Translations under genes and position numbers: made by a program
Notes under the pieces: model-generated
Seen by the model: the letters and a program-made list of their open reading frames with translations, nothing else
What the model was told of the DNA's origin: nothing
Databases searched by the model: none
Shown here: one piece after another, positions 34,606-46,703 of the stretch
How the letters are laid out: every line of letters starts with the position of its first letter
Numbering within the stretch: position 1 is the stretch's first letter
Origin: Felis catus
Lineage: Eukaryota
Direction of reading: 5' to 3'
Length of the DNA: 64,000 bases
Assembly: GCF_018350175.1 (NCBI RefSeq)
Contig: NC_058368.1
Span: forward strand, 173,354,001 to 173,418,000

Positions 34606-37029
34606 GGGGGGCAGCTAGGCCCTCAAGGTTGAATAAGAGCTGGAGACAGAAGTCGAAAGAGAACCTGGGTTTCCGAGTTCTCCACCCCTCTGGGTGTGGG
34701 TGGGGTATCACCACAACATTCTCGTTGTGCAGTAGCCTACTTTCATTTAATCCTCTGCAAGTGCCCTACGAAGTAGCAGCTGTCCCCATTTTGGGGATGA
34801 GAGAATGCATGATTTGTTCACGGTCACAAGTGCCTTAGTGGGTTCAAGCCCAGGTCTGAGTCCACAGCACACCACGCTGCCTCCATTTATTTTATTGCTG
34901 TTATTCCTTAGAGCCACCCGGTGATGGGAGGTCAGGGACAGAGGCTCAGAACTGCCAGGCTACTGCCTGGAAAAGGGAGTCTCATTTTGCTTTGCATCGG
35001 AGGATGCCCACCACCAGACTGATAGTCACCTGGCTGGGCTTCCTATGAATCTGGCAATTCTCAGCATGCTGCCTCAACTCTCAGAACTTCCAGTCCCTCG
35101 GCCTGAAGTGGGACCAACAATCCTTACCTTGCAAGGCTGTTTTGTGGGTCCCCGTGGGTCCTCACTGCGGCAACATCACGCGCATGGCCAGGCCGGATGC
35201 AGGCGAGAGGCTGCTCCTGGTATTGGCAGACCTAGAGTCTTTTAGAGGTTGTCTGGTTGCTCACCAGGACCTCGGCTTCCCCACAGCTCACAAAGCAGGA
35301 GGAGAAAATCATTCCAAGTGACGGCTCGGCTCAGGAAAGCAAGCCCGGGGGGTGAAGTCACTTGGCCAGGTGATACAGCAGTGGTGGGCTGGGATTTGAA
35401 CCCAAGCCTGCCTGAGGCCAAAGGTGGTGCATTTCCCCTGCCCTGGCTCTCCATGAGCCTCAGGGCAAAGTCTTGTGCTATTTAATTGAGGTGCTGGGGG
35501 CCTCTGCAAGTGTGGCCTGGCCACCATTTAATTTAGACTCGTTACTTGCAAGCCTGTCAAGGAGGTACCAGGGGCCATGGCCTGGCTGGGGACAGCCCGG
35601 CCCAATCTCATTGCCCCTCTTGCCCTCCCAGCCTGCCGGCCCCAAGTCACATCCAGCTCAGGGCTCCCTGGCCCCACTGCCCACTACAGGGCCAGGCTGC
35701 CCTTGGGCTCTGACACGGGAAGGGGGGGGGGGGTTGAGGGGCTTTCCGCTCCAGTGTGAGAAGACACTGCCACCACACACTGCTCCGAACGGCTTCCAAA
35801 GCCATAAAGCAGCAGAGAAAAAATGACGGCGGGAGAGGAAACGAGCCACGGAGGAAATTAACTCTCACCCAGGGAGCTGCGCGGCTTTCTGCTGACAGAG
35901 AGGGCCGGCTAGATCATAAAACTAAACACTTAAACTCTCCTCTTTACAATAATTACAGCGCCTTGAATGCCTCTTCCCCCTGCCCCAGTTGGCCCAGGCC
36001 TGCTCTGCAAGGGGTACCAGGAGGACCTGCAGGGGGCTGGGCCTCAAGAGAGAAGGGACAGAGCCAGGCTTAGTTATTGCTGGATCAGACTTGGGGACCG
36101 GCTGCTCCAACCCCCTCATTTGACCGACAGGGAACCTGGGGGCCCAGAGAGGGTTTGTGACTAAGTGACGTTCACCCAGCCAGAGATAGGTGGGACGGAC
36201 TAACGCAGCTCCTCTCCCTGTGGGCGGTGAGACCCATTTCCACCAAATCGCTGCCTTAATTCTACACACCCTTCCTGAATGAAGCCCATCCATGAGCCAG
36301 ACCCTGTGCCAGAGCCCAGTGAAAACACCAAGGGCCTGTCCTTGGCCTCAGTTAGAAAATGAGCTCCTGTCCCCCTCACCCTGTGTCCGGCCCCGAGAAC
36401 AACACCCTTGTGACTCCAGGAAGCCATCTGGAGGGACCTGAGAGCAGCAGGTCTGAACGCCCTCTCTTATGGGCGCCCTCCTCACCCGCTGGCTGTCTGG
36501 GGCACCCCCAGGAAGACACTGACTAGAAGCTACCAGCAGCAAAGGGCCACAGGAATGAAGGGCATGGCTGTCAGCAAGGGCAGTGTCAGACTCCAAGCTG
36601 GAGAGGACAGGGCTTTTCCTCCCCAGCTGCAAACTGCTCTCTGGACCTTTGACCCCAGCTTCTGTCTAGCTCTACCCTGCTTTCAGGGCTGCCCATCGGC
36701 TCTGCTGCGGGGGGACCCCTGCCATCTGTGCCTACACACCTGCTTTCCTGCCAGCTCTACCCCCTACCTCCATTCCTCACTCCTCACTCGGACTCCTCCC
36801 CCTGCAACAGCCTTCCTCTCCCGCTTGGCACGTGGCCGCCTTCTGTACTTCCAACGCTCCCCCTCCATCCCTCTCCCTGAGTGAGGGACAGCTGTTGTTT
36901 TTTCCTGCAGGCATCATCCCCCTCTGTGTGACTGCCCCTCCCCCTGCTCAATCCTTGAGGTTTGGAAGGAGCTGATTGTTGGGAGCTGGAGCGAGTGGAA
37001 GGGTGGTGCGTGCCCCAAGGCCTGGCCAA

Positions 37030-37495
37030 TCAGCATACCTCATTGCCTTGGTAACCAGAGTAATTCAGAGATAAACGGGGAGACCAAAGTCTAATCCAGG
37101 CGAATCTTGGGATTGTGGGGAGGGGTCTTCTCTTCCTGCTGGGACTGCTGAGCTGAGCATATATATAAGCCTGATGCTGCCTGAGGACTTGGAAATGAAG
37201 CCAATGCAGAGGAAAATGACATGAGATGGGGACTTACAGCTTCCTGATGACTTGTTGAGCACCTGGATCCAGCTATGCCTGAAGTTATATGAGTCAGGAA
37301 ATAACATTATAATGATATTAATAATTAGATTATATAATTATAAGATTGTGTTTACAATTGTATATTACTTATATATTACTATTTTTGTTATTGTCATGTT
37401 TTATATATTGTGAACAATAATTCTATTGTTGCTATTTTGCTTCAGCCAGTCTGAATTTGGTTTCTGTCACTTGTAACTGAAAGATTCTGAGTGAT
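37030..37495 (+). mobile_element. MLT1K-like LTR with an AT-rich low-complexity insert (about 37300-37435)
   Basis: 'gagcacctggatccagctatgcctgaag' and 3' end 'gccagtctgaatttggtttctgtcacttgtaactgaaagattctgagtgatac'. Confidence 0.7.
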
Positions 37496-38009
37496 ACGGC
37501 AAGACCCCCTGTTGAAGGACCCAGCTGACATTGCTATGGCCGCTCCCCAGTTCCTTCCAGAAGAGAAGTCTCAGGACCTGCCTGGGCCTGACCTCTTGGC
37601 TCTGTTACTCCCTTCTGCAAGTGAAAAAGGTTGGGTCTTCTGGGTTTGTTCAACAGCTGCTCCCTGTCACTCTGGGGACAACTGCATCAAGCAGAAGGGT
37701 CCAGCTGCTCCTACCCAGGCTCCTGAAGGCACATATCATGACTTTTTCCCAGACCCTGGCTCCCAAAGAGGTGAGCACAAATACAGCCAATTTAGCTTGC
37801 CAATTTATGCTTTCAGTGGTGAATCACTGTACACGTAGATTTGTTAGCATATACGTTCTTGTATTAGAAGGCCACATTAAAATGAAATTCAAAATGAAAA
37901 AGATAACTAGAAATGAACATATGGTAGCCCCTGTTTTACCACCAGCCCAGTATCCACCCTCTTCTTCAATCTCTTCGCCTGGATACTTTTCCTCTTCAAG
38001 TTTGTCCTG

Positions 38010-38410
38010 ACCAAGGCTGGCCCACTCACAGCCTGCCATCCCTGACATAGTGATGTCAGGGTAGACATGTGACCCTGGACAAGACAGGAGGACTCCATTC
38101 TGGGTCACTTATCACATCCATGAAAAATGATGTCCTCTCTTTCCTCTGTGGTACTCGGCCCATAGAAAGTAAATCTGGAGCTGCCAGGAAGCACTTCAGA
38201 GACGGAGGCTGATGAAAAATAAAGCCAAATGCCGAGGAAATAGACCTGGGTTTGGGGAGAGGAGCAGAATCCTAATGACAGTGTTTTTATGCCTGGATCC
38301 AGCCATGCCTGATGCTGAAGCTCATTCCCTTAGACTTCCCAGTTCCCTTGTTTTCTTGAGCTGGTTTGAGTTGGGTTTCTAACTCTCACCAACAAAAAAG
38401 TACCGTCGAA
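38010..38410 (+). mobile_element. MLT1K-like LTR
   Basis: 'gcctggatccagccatgcctga...ttgagctggtttgagttgggtttct'. Confidence 0.65.
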
Positions 38411-39051
38411 TGTAGGAAGTATTCCAGAGAAGTCATTTTAAGGAAATAACAAAGACAACATTTTACAAGATGCCGAAGTTATGTATAGATAAATAACTAG
38501 GATAAATGGACTAGGAGAGGAGACTGACCCATCTGTGCAAGCCAGGCTCTGAGTAGTTGGGTAAATAGAATGACGCCTTTCTTTTGCCCCTTTGGTGTAG
38601 GCTGTGACTCTCGAGTAATGGGACAGCTTCCACTAGCCTCAGTTACCAGGTGGCTCTGTGCAGCTTTGTTGGCTGCTCAGGTTTTTCCTGCCTTTTCTGT
38701 CGAAGGGAAAAATGGGAGGTACCATTCGCGAGCGGGGTCCTGAAGGCTGGCTGTGCACCCTACCTTCATGCCTAGAGGGAAGAAGGGTGGAGGCTCTAGG
38801 CAGAGCAGAGCCATGAATCAGGTGCTCCCTGGTCTCCTGCTACACAGGCTGTGTCCTGTCGACCCCAATGGGAATGCCCTCTGGCCAGAGCACTCAACGT
38901 GGAGGCCCTGCCTGTTCCCAACCCATTTCCAGATACTCAGCTGGTAAAGATTCTAGCTGGAAGACACATTACCCAAGAAAACAATTGCTCTCCGGCCCTA
39001 AGTTGTCAATACGTTGCTTCTGGAGTCCTATTTAGCTCTATTCCCCCTTTT

Positions 39052-39273
39052 TTTTTTCTTTTTTTTTTCAACGTTTTTATTTATTTTTGGGACAGAGAGA
39101 GACAGAGCATGAACGGGGTAGGGGCAGAGAGAGAGGGAGACACAGAATCGGAAACAGGCTCCAGGCTCTGAGCCATCAGCCCAGAGCCTGACGCGGGGCT
39201 CGAACTCACGGACTGCGAGATCGTGACCTGGCTGAAGTCGGACGCTTAACCGACTGCGCCACCCAGGCGCCCC
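39052..39273 (-). mobile_element. Young Can-SINE (SINEC_Fc type) with a perfect 15-bp TSD
   Basis: Near-consensus ggggcgcctgggtggcgcagtcggttaagcgtccgacttcagcc...; TSD tctattccccctttt at 39037-39051 and 39275-39289. Confidence 0.97.
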
Positions 39274-39963
39274 ATCTATTCCCCCTTTTGGCACAAAGAA
39301 AACAAGATACACAGATGGCTTTGAACAGGTCTCCAAAGAAGTTGCCAAAGGTCCTTACCTTTTCAATCCTCCCTGTCTCTCTGTCTCTGTCTCTCTCTGT
39401 CTCTCTCTTTCTCTCTCTCTCTATTTCCTGCATCACTGACAGCATGTGTCATTCCCTGTTCACAGCAGTCCACTGCCAACTGAATTGAATCTAAAGTTTT
39501 GGCCCTGATTCTAAATGCCTCCTGGGCCACGGTTCCCATACACCTTTCTGGAGCTGGGTCTTACTATTCTAGGCGCTGTGGCTGCTTGCTGTTCCCCAAG
39601 CACATCCCTGCTTGCTAGTGCTGCTCTGTCCCTCGAATGCCCCTGTGGGCCCAATAACCACCATTTATCGTGCTCCCGGCACATACCAACCACTTCACTC
39701 ATTCAGCCTTGCGGGTGTACACATCACCATCCTTTCTAGGGACCGGCAAACAAGCTCTCAGAGAGGTCAGGTGAGTAGCCTCCACTCACACAAGTAGGGG
39801 GACAGGGTCGGAATCTGGACCTCCGGTGCCTGGCTTAAAACCCTTTCCTGATTCCAGGATCCCTGTTTCCCATTCCTACCCCTGAAGACACTGCAAATGC
39901 CCCATCACATACCCTCCTTCCTGAAGCATTCCCTCAACTTCCCCCTAGAAATCAACCGACATT

Positions 39964-40192
39964 GGGGTCCCTGGGTGGCTTAGTCCGTTAAGCATCTGAC
40001 TTCGGCTCAGGTCAGGACCTCACAGCTCATCAGTTCGTACCTCGTGAGTTCGAGCCCTGTGTCGGGCTCTGTGCTGACAGCTTGGAGCCTGGAGCCTGCT
40101 TCAGATGCTGTGTCTCCCTCCCTCTCTCTCTGCCCCTCCCCCACTTTCTCTCTCTCAAAAATAAACAAATATAAAAAAAATTAAAAAAAAAA
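39964..40192 (+). mobile_element. Can-SINE with a 16-bp TSD (1 mismatch)
   Basis: TSD agaaatcaac(c/t)gacat at 39947-39962 and 40193-40208. Confidence 0.95.
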
Positions 40193-40672
40193 AGAAATCA
40201 ACTGACATCTTTTTTTATGTTCACACCCTATGATATCAGGCAGGTTTCCGACAGGGGGCAGAGGGCACTCAGCTGGGACTTTGAGAAGAATTTAATGAGG
40301 GTTTCGTTTGCAGAGGTGCAGGCAGGGTTATAAGGGAAGCCACCGTGGGTGTGGAAGCACCGGGGACAAGCCACACGGGAAGCCATTGCCACCCCAGCAG
40401 AGGGAGAGGAGGAAAGAGCAGTGTGACCAGAACTGGGGAGAGCTGCTGCAGGGAGGAGGGCCGTCCACAGTTGCTCAGGATACAGGCACCATCAGAAGCA
40501 GGGAGACAGGAAGGAAGAGACACTACTCTTTCTCCTTCTACCCTCCAGTTTCCTGCCGATGTACCCAACTGTGAGCCCCAGGTCCAGGGAGCCTGCATGT
40601 GCAGTCATGAGAGCATCAGCCTCCCACACACAGAGCTGAGAGAGGAGGGGGCAGAGTGGAGCTGGGAGGTGC

Positions 40673-41147
40673 TGTAATGCTGTCTGATCTCTGCTATAAC
40701 AAATCACCACCAACTTGGTGACTTAGAATAACACACATTTATTCCCTTAAAGTCCTGGGGGTCAGAAGTCCAAAATGAGCCTCACTGGGCTAAAATCAAG
40801 GTGTCATTCCTTGCGGGAGGCTCTACGAGAGAGTCTGTTGCCTTTCCCACCTTCTAGCATCTGCCTGCACTCCTTAGCTCACGGTCCCATCCTCCACCAG
40901 CAATGGAGCCAGCCATATCTCTTGGTCCTGACTCCTCTGCCCCGCTCTGTCTCCCATGTAAGGACCCTGTGATTACATTGGGCCTACCCAGAAAATCCAG
41001 GATAATCTTATTTTAAGGTGAACTGATTAACAACCTTAATTTCATCTGCAACCTTAATTCTCTTGCTTGTATAACCTATGATATTCCCAGGTTCTGGGGA
41101 TCAGACTGTGGACATCTTTGGGGGGGCGCGTTTTTCTGCCTACCATA
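40673..41147 (-). mobile_element. MLT1D-like LTR
   Basis: 'tgctataacaaatcaccaccaacttggtgactt...gtcagaagtccaaaatgagcctcactgggctaaaatcaaggtgtc...gattacattgggcctaccc'. Confidence 0.8.
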
Positions 41148-41244
41148 TGCACTAAACAGAAAACAATTGGTTCACCTGCTTGATATGCTGGTTACCTGGG
41201 GAGTTGGTTTATTTCCTCTACTGGATGAGTCACCTAAAAGCTTG

Positions 41245-41655
41245 GGTTACCTGTTGCATGTAACAATCTGCTTCAAGACTCAGTGGCTGAGTCTATCATC
41301 GCTCATGCATCTGGGGATCAGCTTGGGTTTAGCTGAGCAGTTGGCTGCTGGGCAACTCTGTGTCTCATGGGCATCTGTGTTGGCTGGCATGGCTCTGTTT
41401 CATGTGTTTCTCATCCCCTTGGGCCAGCAAGCCAGCGAGGTGGGCCTTTCCCAGGCAACGACAAAGATGCACACCAAAACAGGGAGGAAACACGCGACGC
41501 CTTCTGAACTGTCACTTCCACCCATCTGCCATTGGCCAAAGCAAGTCCCATTGGCAAGCCCAAAGCTGAGGGGTGAGGAGATGCCCTCATCTCTCAGGGA
41601 GGGTGTTGCCAGATGCAGGGAGGAGGGAGATATGGGATTACAATCCAATACACTC
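41245..41655 (-). mobile_element. MLT1-type LTR (H/G-like)
   Basis: 'tgttgcatgtaacaatctgcttcaagactcagtggct', 'cacttccacccatctgccattggccaaagcaagtc'. Confidence 0.6.
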
Positions 41656-42487
41656 CAGGGCCATGTCTTAATCATATTTGCTTTCCCACTGTCCCAGAAC
41701 ATGTTTTTTTTACTGGGTTGAGTCTGCATGGAAATGTATCAAGTGAATGAATGAATGAATGAATGAACAGTTGAGCTCCCATAAGTAGGATATACTCATC
41801 CAGGCTTAGTGTCTCTCACTGTGGTGCAGATGGGCTGGAGATCACAGCTGGCAGGGCACAAACTCCTTTGTCTGGTGTGGATTTTGCAACATAGGAGGGA
41901 GAGTCACATCTGAGTCAAGAGCTCAGCTCCCTTGTGTGTGCGTGTGTCTTGGGGGTTTCCTGAGGGGCTGCAGAGTGCCAGGGTGGTGCGGCTCCTGCAG
42001 ACAAGCCATCTCTGCCACCTCAGTTCCTTCACTCCTTTTCTCCCTTCCCCTGAGCCCCTGCCTGGGGGACTCAGGTATTCAATGGCCCACAGTACTCAAG
42101 GTGGCCACTGGGGCAGGCCCTGCCCTCAAGATGCTTATGGTCTCCTGAGGACGCAAAGCACGACAAGTGAGGGCAAGAGGGTTGCAGCATCTGCAAGAGG
42201 AGTGTGGAAAGAGCGCCCCAGGAGCACCAAGTGCCTCCATGCACCCTCAGAGCTGAGCCTGGAAGACCAGACCCTGCTATGCGGGCAGACAAGTGGAGAG
42301 GGGCCTTCAGGGATCGGCAGAGACGGCGTGGGTGAGCACGTTGTCCCTGTGTGCAGGGACTGGACCGGCAACTAAAGAAGTTCAGCGCTGCCGAGAAAGT
42401 GTATTAACTGTAGGGAGGCCATGAAAGTGAGTGGCAGACAAGGAAGGAGGTGGTTTTAGCCAAAGGGTTTAGATTTATCCTCTAAGC

Positions 42488-42698
42488 CAGGGGTTGACAG
42501 ACATCTTCTGTAAAGGGCCAGAGAACAAATATTTCAGGCTTTGTGGACCATGCAGTCCGTATCGCAACTTCTCAACTCTGCCGTTGTAGCATGAAAGCGG
42601 CCACAGTCAGTATGTAAATAAACGAGCATGTTTGTGTTTCCAGTAAACTTTATTTATAAAAACAGATCTGGGCAGTGGATGCAGTTTGTCAATCCCTG
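42488..42698 (+). mobile_element. MER58A hAT-Charlie element with an 8-bp TSD
   Basis: caggggttgacagac...gtttgtcaatccctg; flanks ctctaagc (42480-42487) and ctccaagc (42699-42706). Confidence 0.85.
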
Positions 42699-42855
42699 CT
42701 CCAAGCCCAAAGTCACAAACTGGCAGCCTTCAGGAATATCTATCCCACAGATTTTTGTTTTGTTTTGTATCGTTTAGCCAACATTAAAAGATGGAGCGAT
42801 CTTACATAAAAGTCTAAATCTAGATTTCCGGGCTCCTTTAAAAGTCTGAAGCTCT

Positions 42856-43085
42856 GGGGACGCCTGGGTGGCTCAATCGGTTAAGTGTCCGACCTCAGCT
42901 CAGGTCGTGATCTCATGGTTCATGAGCGGTTCGTGAGTTTGAGTCCCGCATCGGGTTCTCTGTTGTCAGTGCAGAGCCTGCTTCAGATCCTCTGTCTCCC
43001 TCTCTCTCTCCTCCTCCCCCATGGACTCTCTCTCTCTCTCTCTTTCTCTCTCAAAAATTATAAACAAACAAACCTTAAAATAAAA
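42856..43085 (+). mobile_element. Can-SINE
   Basis: ggggacgcctgggtggctcaatcggttaag...; TSD aaaa(g/c)tctgaagctct at 42840-42855 and 43086-43101. Confidence 0.95.
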
Positions 43086-43275
43086 AAAACTCTGAAGCTC
43101 TGGTTACACCAGGCTTTCAATTCTACATGGCGGTAACCGGCTGGAGTCCCCTTTCACCAGGTCATGGTCTCTCCAGTTTGCCAGAGTCTCCACCATTTCC
43201 TATTGCCTCCCACTTATCATTTTCCCTCTGCTGTGCTAATGTTTTCTTTGTTCCCCGCTCCCCCGCCCCTGCAAC

Positions 43276-43697
43276 TGTATTAGTTTCCTAGGGCTGCCTC
43301 TGTACAAGAAACTGGGCAGCTTAAATGACAGAGATGTACTGTCTCACAGTTCTGGAGGCCGGAAGTCCAAGGTCAAGGCATTAGCAGGGTTGATTCCTTC
43401 TGAGGGCTATGAGACACTATCTGTTCCATGCCTCTCTCCTCACTTCTGGTAGCCTCAGGCATTCTTGCAGATGTCATTCTCCCCGTGTCCTCCCACTGTC
43501 TACCCTCATGCGTGTCTGTGTCCAGAATTCCCCTTTTTATAAGGACATCAGTTACATTAGATTAGAGCCCACTCTAATGACCTCATTGTAACCTGATTAC
43601 CTACATAAAGACCTTATCGCCAAATAAGGTCACATTATGAGGTACTGGGGGTTAGGACTCCAACATATTTTTAAGGGGGGAGACACAATTCACCCAT
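43276..43697 (-). mobile_element. MLT1B-like LTR
   Basis: 'tgtattagtttcctagggctgcc...tctcacagttctggaggccggaagtccaaggtcaagg...gaggtactgggggttaggact'. Confidence 0.85.
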
Positions 43698-44307
43698 CCA
43701 TTCCTTCCTAGCCTTAATATTTCCTGCCTGACTGCCCCTGCCATTAGCAGTGAAGACACAGAAAAGTGTTCTTGGAACATCTGGATCTGCATTTACAAAG
43801 ATTTTACAGGTTGACAGCATGGGCAATGCCTTTGGAGGGGGCAAGTCCCAGACTCAGAGGTTGGGTGACAGCAGTGGGGCGGGGGGGGGGGGTTCAATAT
43901 GTGGGTACCTGGGCCACATAGGACCAGAGGAGGTGGCAGGGTCAGGAGGGAGGTGAGAGGTGAAACCGATGGGGCTTGGTGAGAGCCTGGAGGAAGGGGA
44001 GAGGGAGGCTAATATCCAGGTTTTAGGCTCAAGAAAACAAGTGGGAAGTCATGTTTTTGCTGAAGGGGGGAGCAGATTTCAGTGAAGGTTTTGTAGGGGT
44101 GAAAACTGCAGGCTGAGATGAGGAGAAGACAGAATTGTACGCACAGACTTCACTGGAAAAGAGCTGGGCCAGGCTAACAGAAAGAAATAGGGGAAGTTCA
44201 GTAGGCAGGGGGCAGGAGGGGGCACTGAGAAGGGGAGAATGGATTGGACCACCTCTGAGGGTCGTAGCCTGCCAGGTCTCACAAGGTCCTCAGGGACCAT
44301 GTAGCCC

Positions 44308-44730
44308 AGGGCAGACTGATTTGTTGGTCCCAATTTTTATGGCTTTCTCATGTGACTTTGCAGTCTCTCCATACAGAAGCTGAGTGTCTCCCTGCTCCTC
44401 CAATTTGGGTTCAGCCATGGGACAAGCTTTAGCCAATGGAATGTGGGCAAAGATGTCCATTCCTAGCCTTCAGAGGCCTCTTCATGTTTCCACTTTTCTT
44501 CTTGGGCCTCTGCCATCACCACCTGAAGACGTGACCTGGTTACCCCACTGGGCCAAAAAGTTGGAAAATAGGTGGAGCAGAGCTAGACCCAGCCGGCCAC
44601 CTGGTGGAGCCCAGGCTGGGTCAGCCAACACCCACATAACCACAAACACAGGAGCCAAATGAGGCTTGTTGCTGTATGTTGCTCAGAATCTATGGCTGTT
44701 TGTTGCTTAGCAATAGCTGACTGAGATACA
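44308..44730 (+). mobile_element. MLT1G/H-like LTR
   Basis: 'catgtgactttgcagt', 'gctttagccaatggaatgtgggca', end 'gcaatagctgactgagataca'. Confidence 0.7.
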
Positions 44731-46059
44731 GGCAAATGCACCATTTTGGAGATGAGGAAACTGAGACCTCGAGAAGGTGAGAGATTTGCCCAGTGATATA
44801 TAAATAAACTGCAAAGTTCTCCTGATTCTTGGACTGAGGGTCTTTCTTTCTACTCCATTGCAGTGACTGTCACCTAGCTTCTGATTTGTTCATTCATTCA
44901 ACAAGTATGCTACTAGAAATACCTAGATAACTTGGGTTTTTCCTTAGCCCTCGAAGAGCTCCATGTGGTCATGGACAGATCACGACAAATGTGGTAAGTG
45001 AGGCCCTAGAGATGTGCTCAGGCACCCAGAATAGGCACCTAACCCAGCTCGGGAAAATCAGGGTAGGCTTCCTGGAAAAGGGGGTATCTGGGCTCAGTAA
45101 TAAAAAATGAGGCAAGGCAGAGGAAGGAATGGGTTGGCATGAGCCTGGGCGAGAGCTGAGGCACAGCCTGGGGCTGTGTGTATGGTCAGACCCTGGCGAT
45201 GGAGGGCAGTAGCAGGAGAACTGTAAATTCTTTAGAGCTATTCAAGCCATTTCAGATGAAGCAGGGCCTGGTGGGAGATGAGGCTGGAGATGAAAGTGAG
45301 GCCCACATCCAGCCCTTTATCACACGGGCTCAACCCTTTCACTAGCAGGTGATTGGAGGCCATCGTGAGCATGGCCTTGGACCAGTCAACTCATTCCTTG
45401 GGCCTTCGTATGTGCATCCCTAACATGTCCTCATTTAGTCTTTAAGGGCTTCTCCAGCTCTGAAACCATTGTGGGGGACTGCCTGGGGGTGGGCACACCA
45501 CAGAGGAGACGGTCTGTCCTGGCAGCCAGTCCAGGCCAAGAGCTGAGAAAGAAGGGACCCCTCTGCCTGTGGGATGGAGTGTGGGTGGCACCTCCAGAAA
45601 CCAGTCACTGCTTTCCTCTGCCTTGGTGAGGAGCAGGGAGCTCTCCTCTGAGCCAAAGTCTGGTCCTGGAACATGAAGAACAAGGATAAATTGGACATTC
45701 AACATTCAACATAGGAGCATCCAGACGGAGGAAGTGACTTTGTTTCCCTTTCTTTTCTCCTAGCAGAGGGAACATAGGGGTTGGGATTAGTCACTGGCAA
45801 GAGGGGAGAGGGCCTTTCAGGTGGCCATCCAGGCTCAAAGAGCCATGTCCCCCTGCCCTGCCACAGAGCCCTCAGCAGAGGCCACCTGGAGGAAAAACAA
45901 ACACCTAATACAAGAACCCACTATTTAACAGAAGAGGGCCAATCCAGCCAGGCTGGCAAGGAAATTTCAGGTAATTGATGTTATTTTCCCATTGACTATG
46001 TTCTGCTAGAAAGGATTTTGGTTACAGGGTGTAATCAAGTCACACTTAAGAATTCTACT

Positions 46060-46202
46060 AAAAGATTACTTTTATAATGAGAAAAAGGAATCTGTGGCAC
46101 ACCCTCCTCGGAGGGCAATTTGGCAATACCTATCAAAATGGGAAAGGCACACTCTCTTACATGTAGCAATTCCACTCGTGGGAAAGGGCCTGACAGGTGT
46201 TT

Positions 46203-46236
<34 letters not shown>

Positions 46237-46400
46237 GTGTGGGAAGAGACGCTCTTCTCAGCATTGTTTATGGTGGTCAAAGATTGGGAACAACCTCAAT
46301 GTCAACAGTGAGGGACGGGGGAGACCACTCAACAGTGCATCCATGCAGTGGACTAATACGCAAACATAGGTAAGACCATGGCAGTTGTTGGTGACAAAGA
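46060..46400 (+). mobile_element. Old L1 (L1M) 3' fragment containing (CA)n at about 46205-46234
   Basis: 'gagggcaatttggcaatacctatcaaaat...agcaattccact', 'gcattgtttatggtggtcaaagattgggaacaacctcaatgtc'. Confidence 0.7.
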
Positions 46401-46417
46401 ATCTCAAGCAACATTTA

Positions 46418-46703
46418 TTTATTTTTAAAAATTTTTTAACGTTTATTTATTTATTTTTTATTTTTATTTATTTTTGAGATTTATTTTATTTATTTTTTAA
46501 CATTTATTTATTTTGTTTATTTATTATTGTTCAGAGCATGAACAGGGGAGGGGCAGAGAGAGAGGGAGACACAGAATCTGAAACAGGCTCCAGGCTCTGA
46601 GCCGTCAGCACAGAGCCCGACGCGGGGCTCGAACTCACGGACCGTTGAGATCATGACCTGAGCCGAAGTCGGACGCTTAACCGACCGGGCCACCCAGGCG
46701 CCC
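46418..46703 (-). mobile_element. Can-SINE with a long compound tail and a perfect 14-bp TSD
   Basis: TSD tcaagcaacattta at 46404-46417 and 46705-46718; CpG-rich body. Confidence 0.95.

Larger units (their letters stand above)
42707..43745 (+). mobile_element. MER102-like hAT element, interrupted by a Can-SINE and an MLT1B LTR
   Basis: 'gtcacaaactggcagcc...cttacataaaa...gatttcc', resuming at 'ccggctggag...ctctccagtttgcca' after the SINE. Confidence 0.6.

Noticed and set aside
37491..38010. ORFs between two LTRs
   Set aside because: No gag or pol motifs and no recognisable product.
39200..39273. tRNA-like sequences with A/B boxes (also at the other SINE heads)
   Set aside because: These are tRNA-derived heads of Can-SINEs, followed by SINE body and tail, not tRNA genes.
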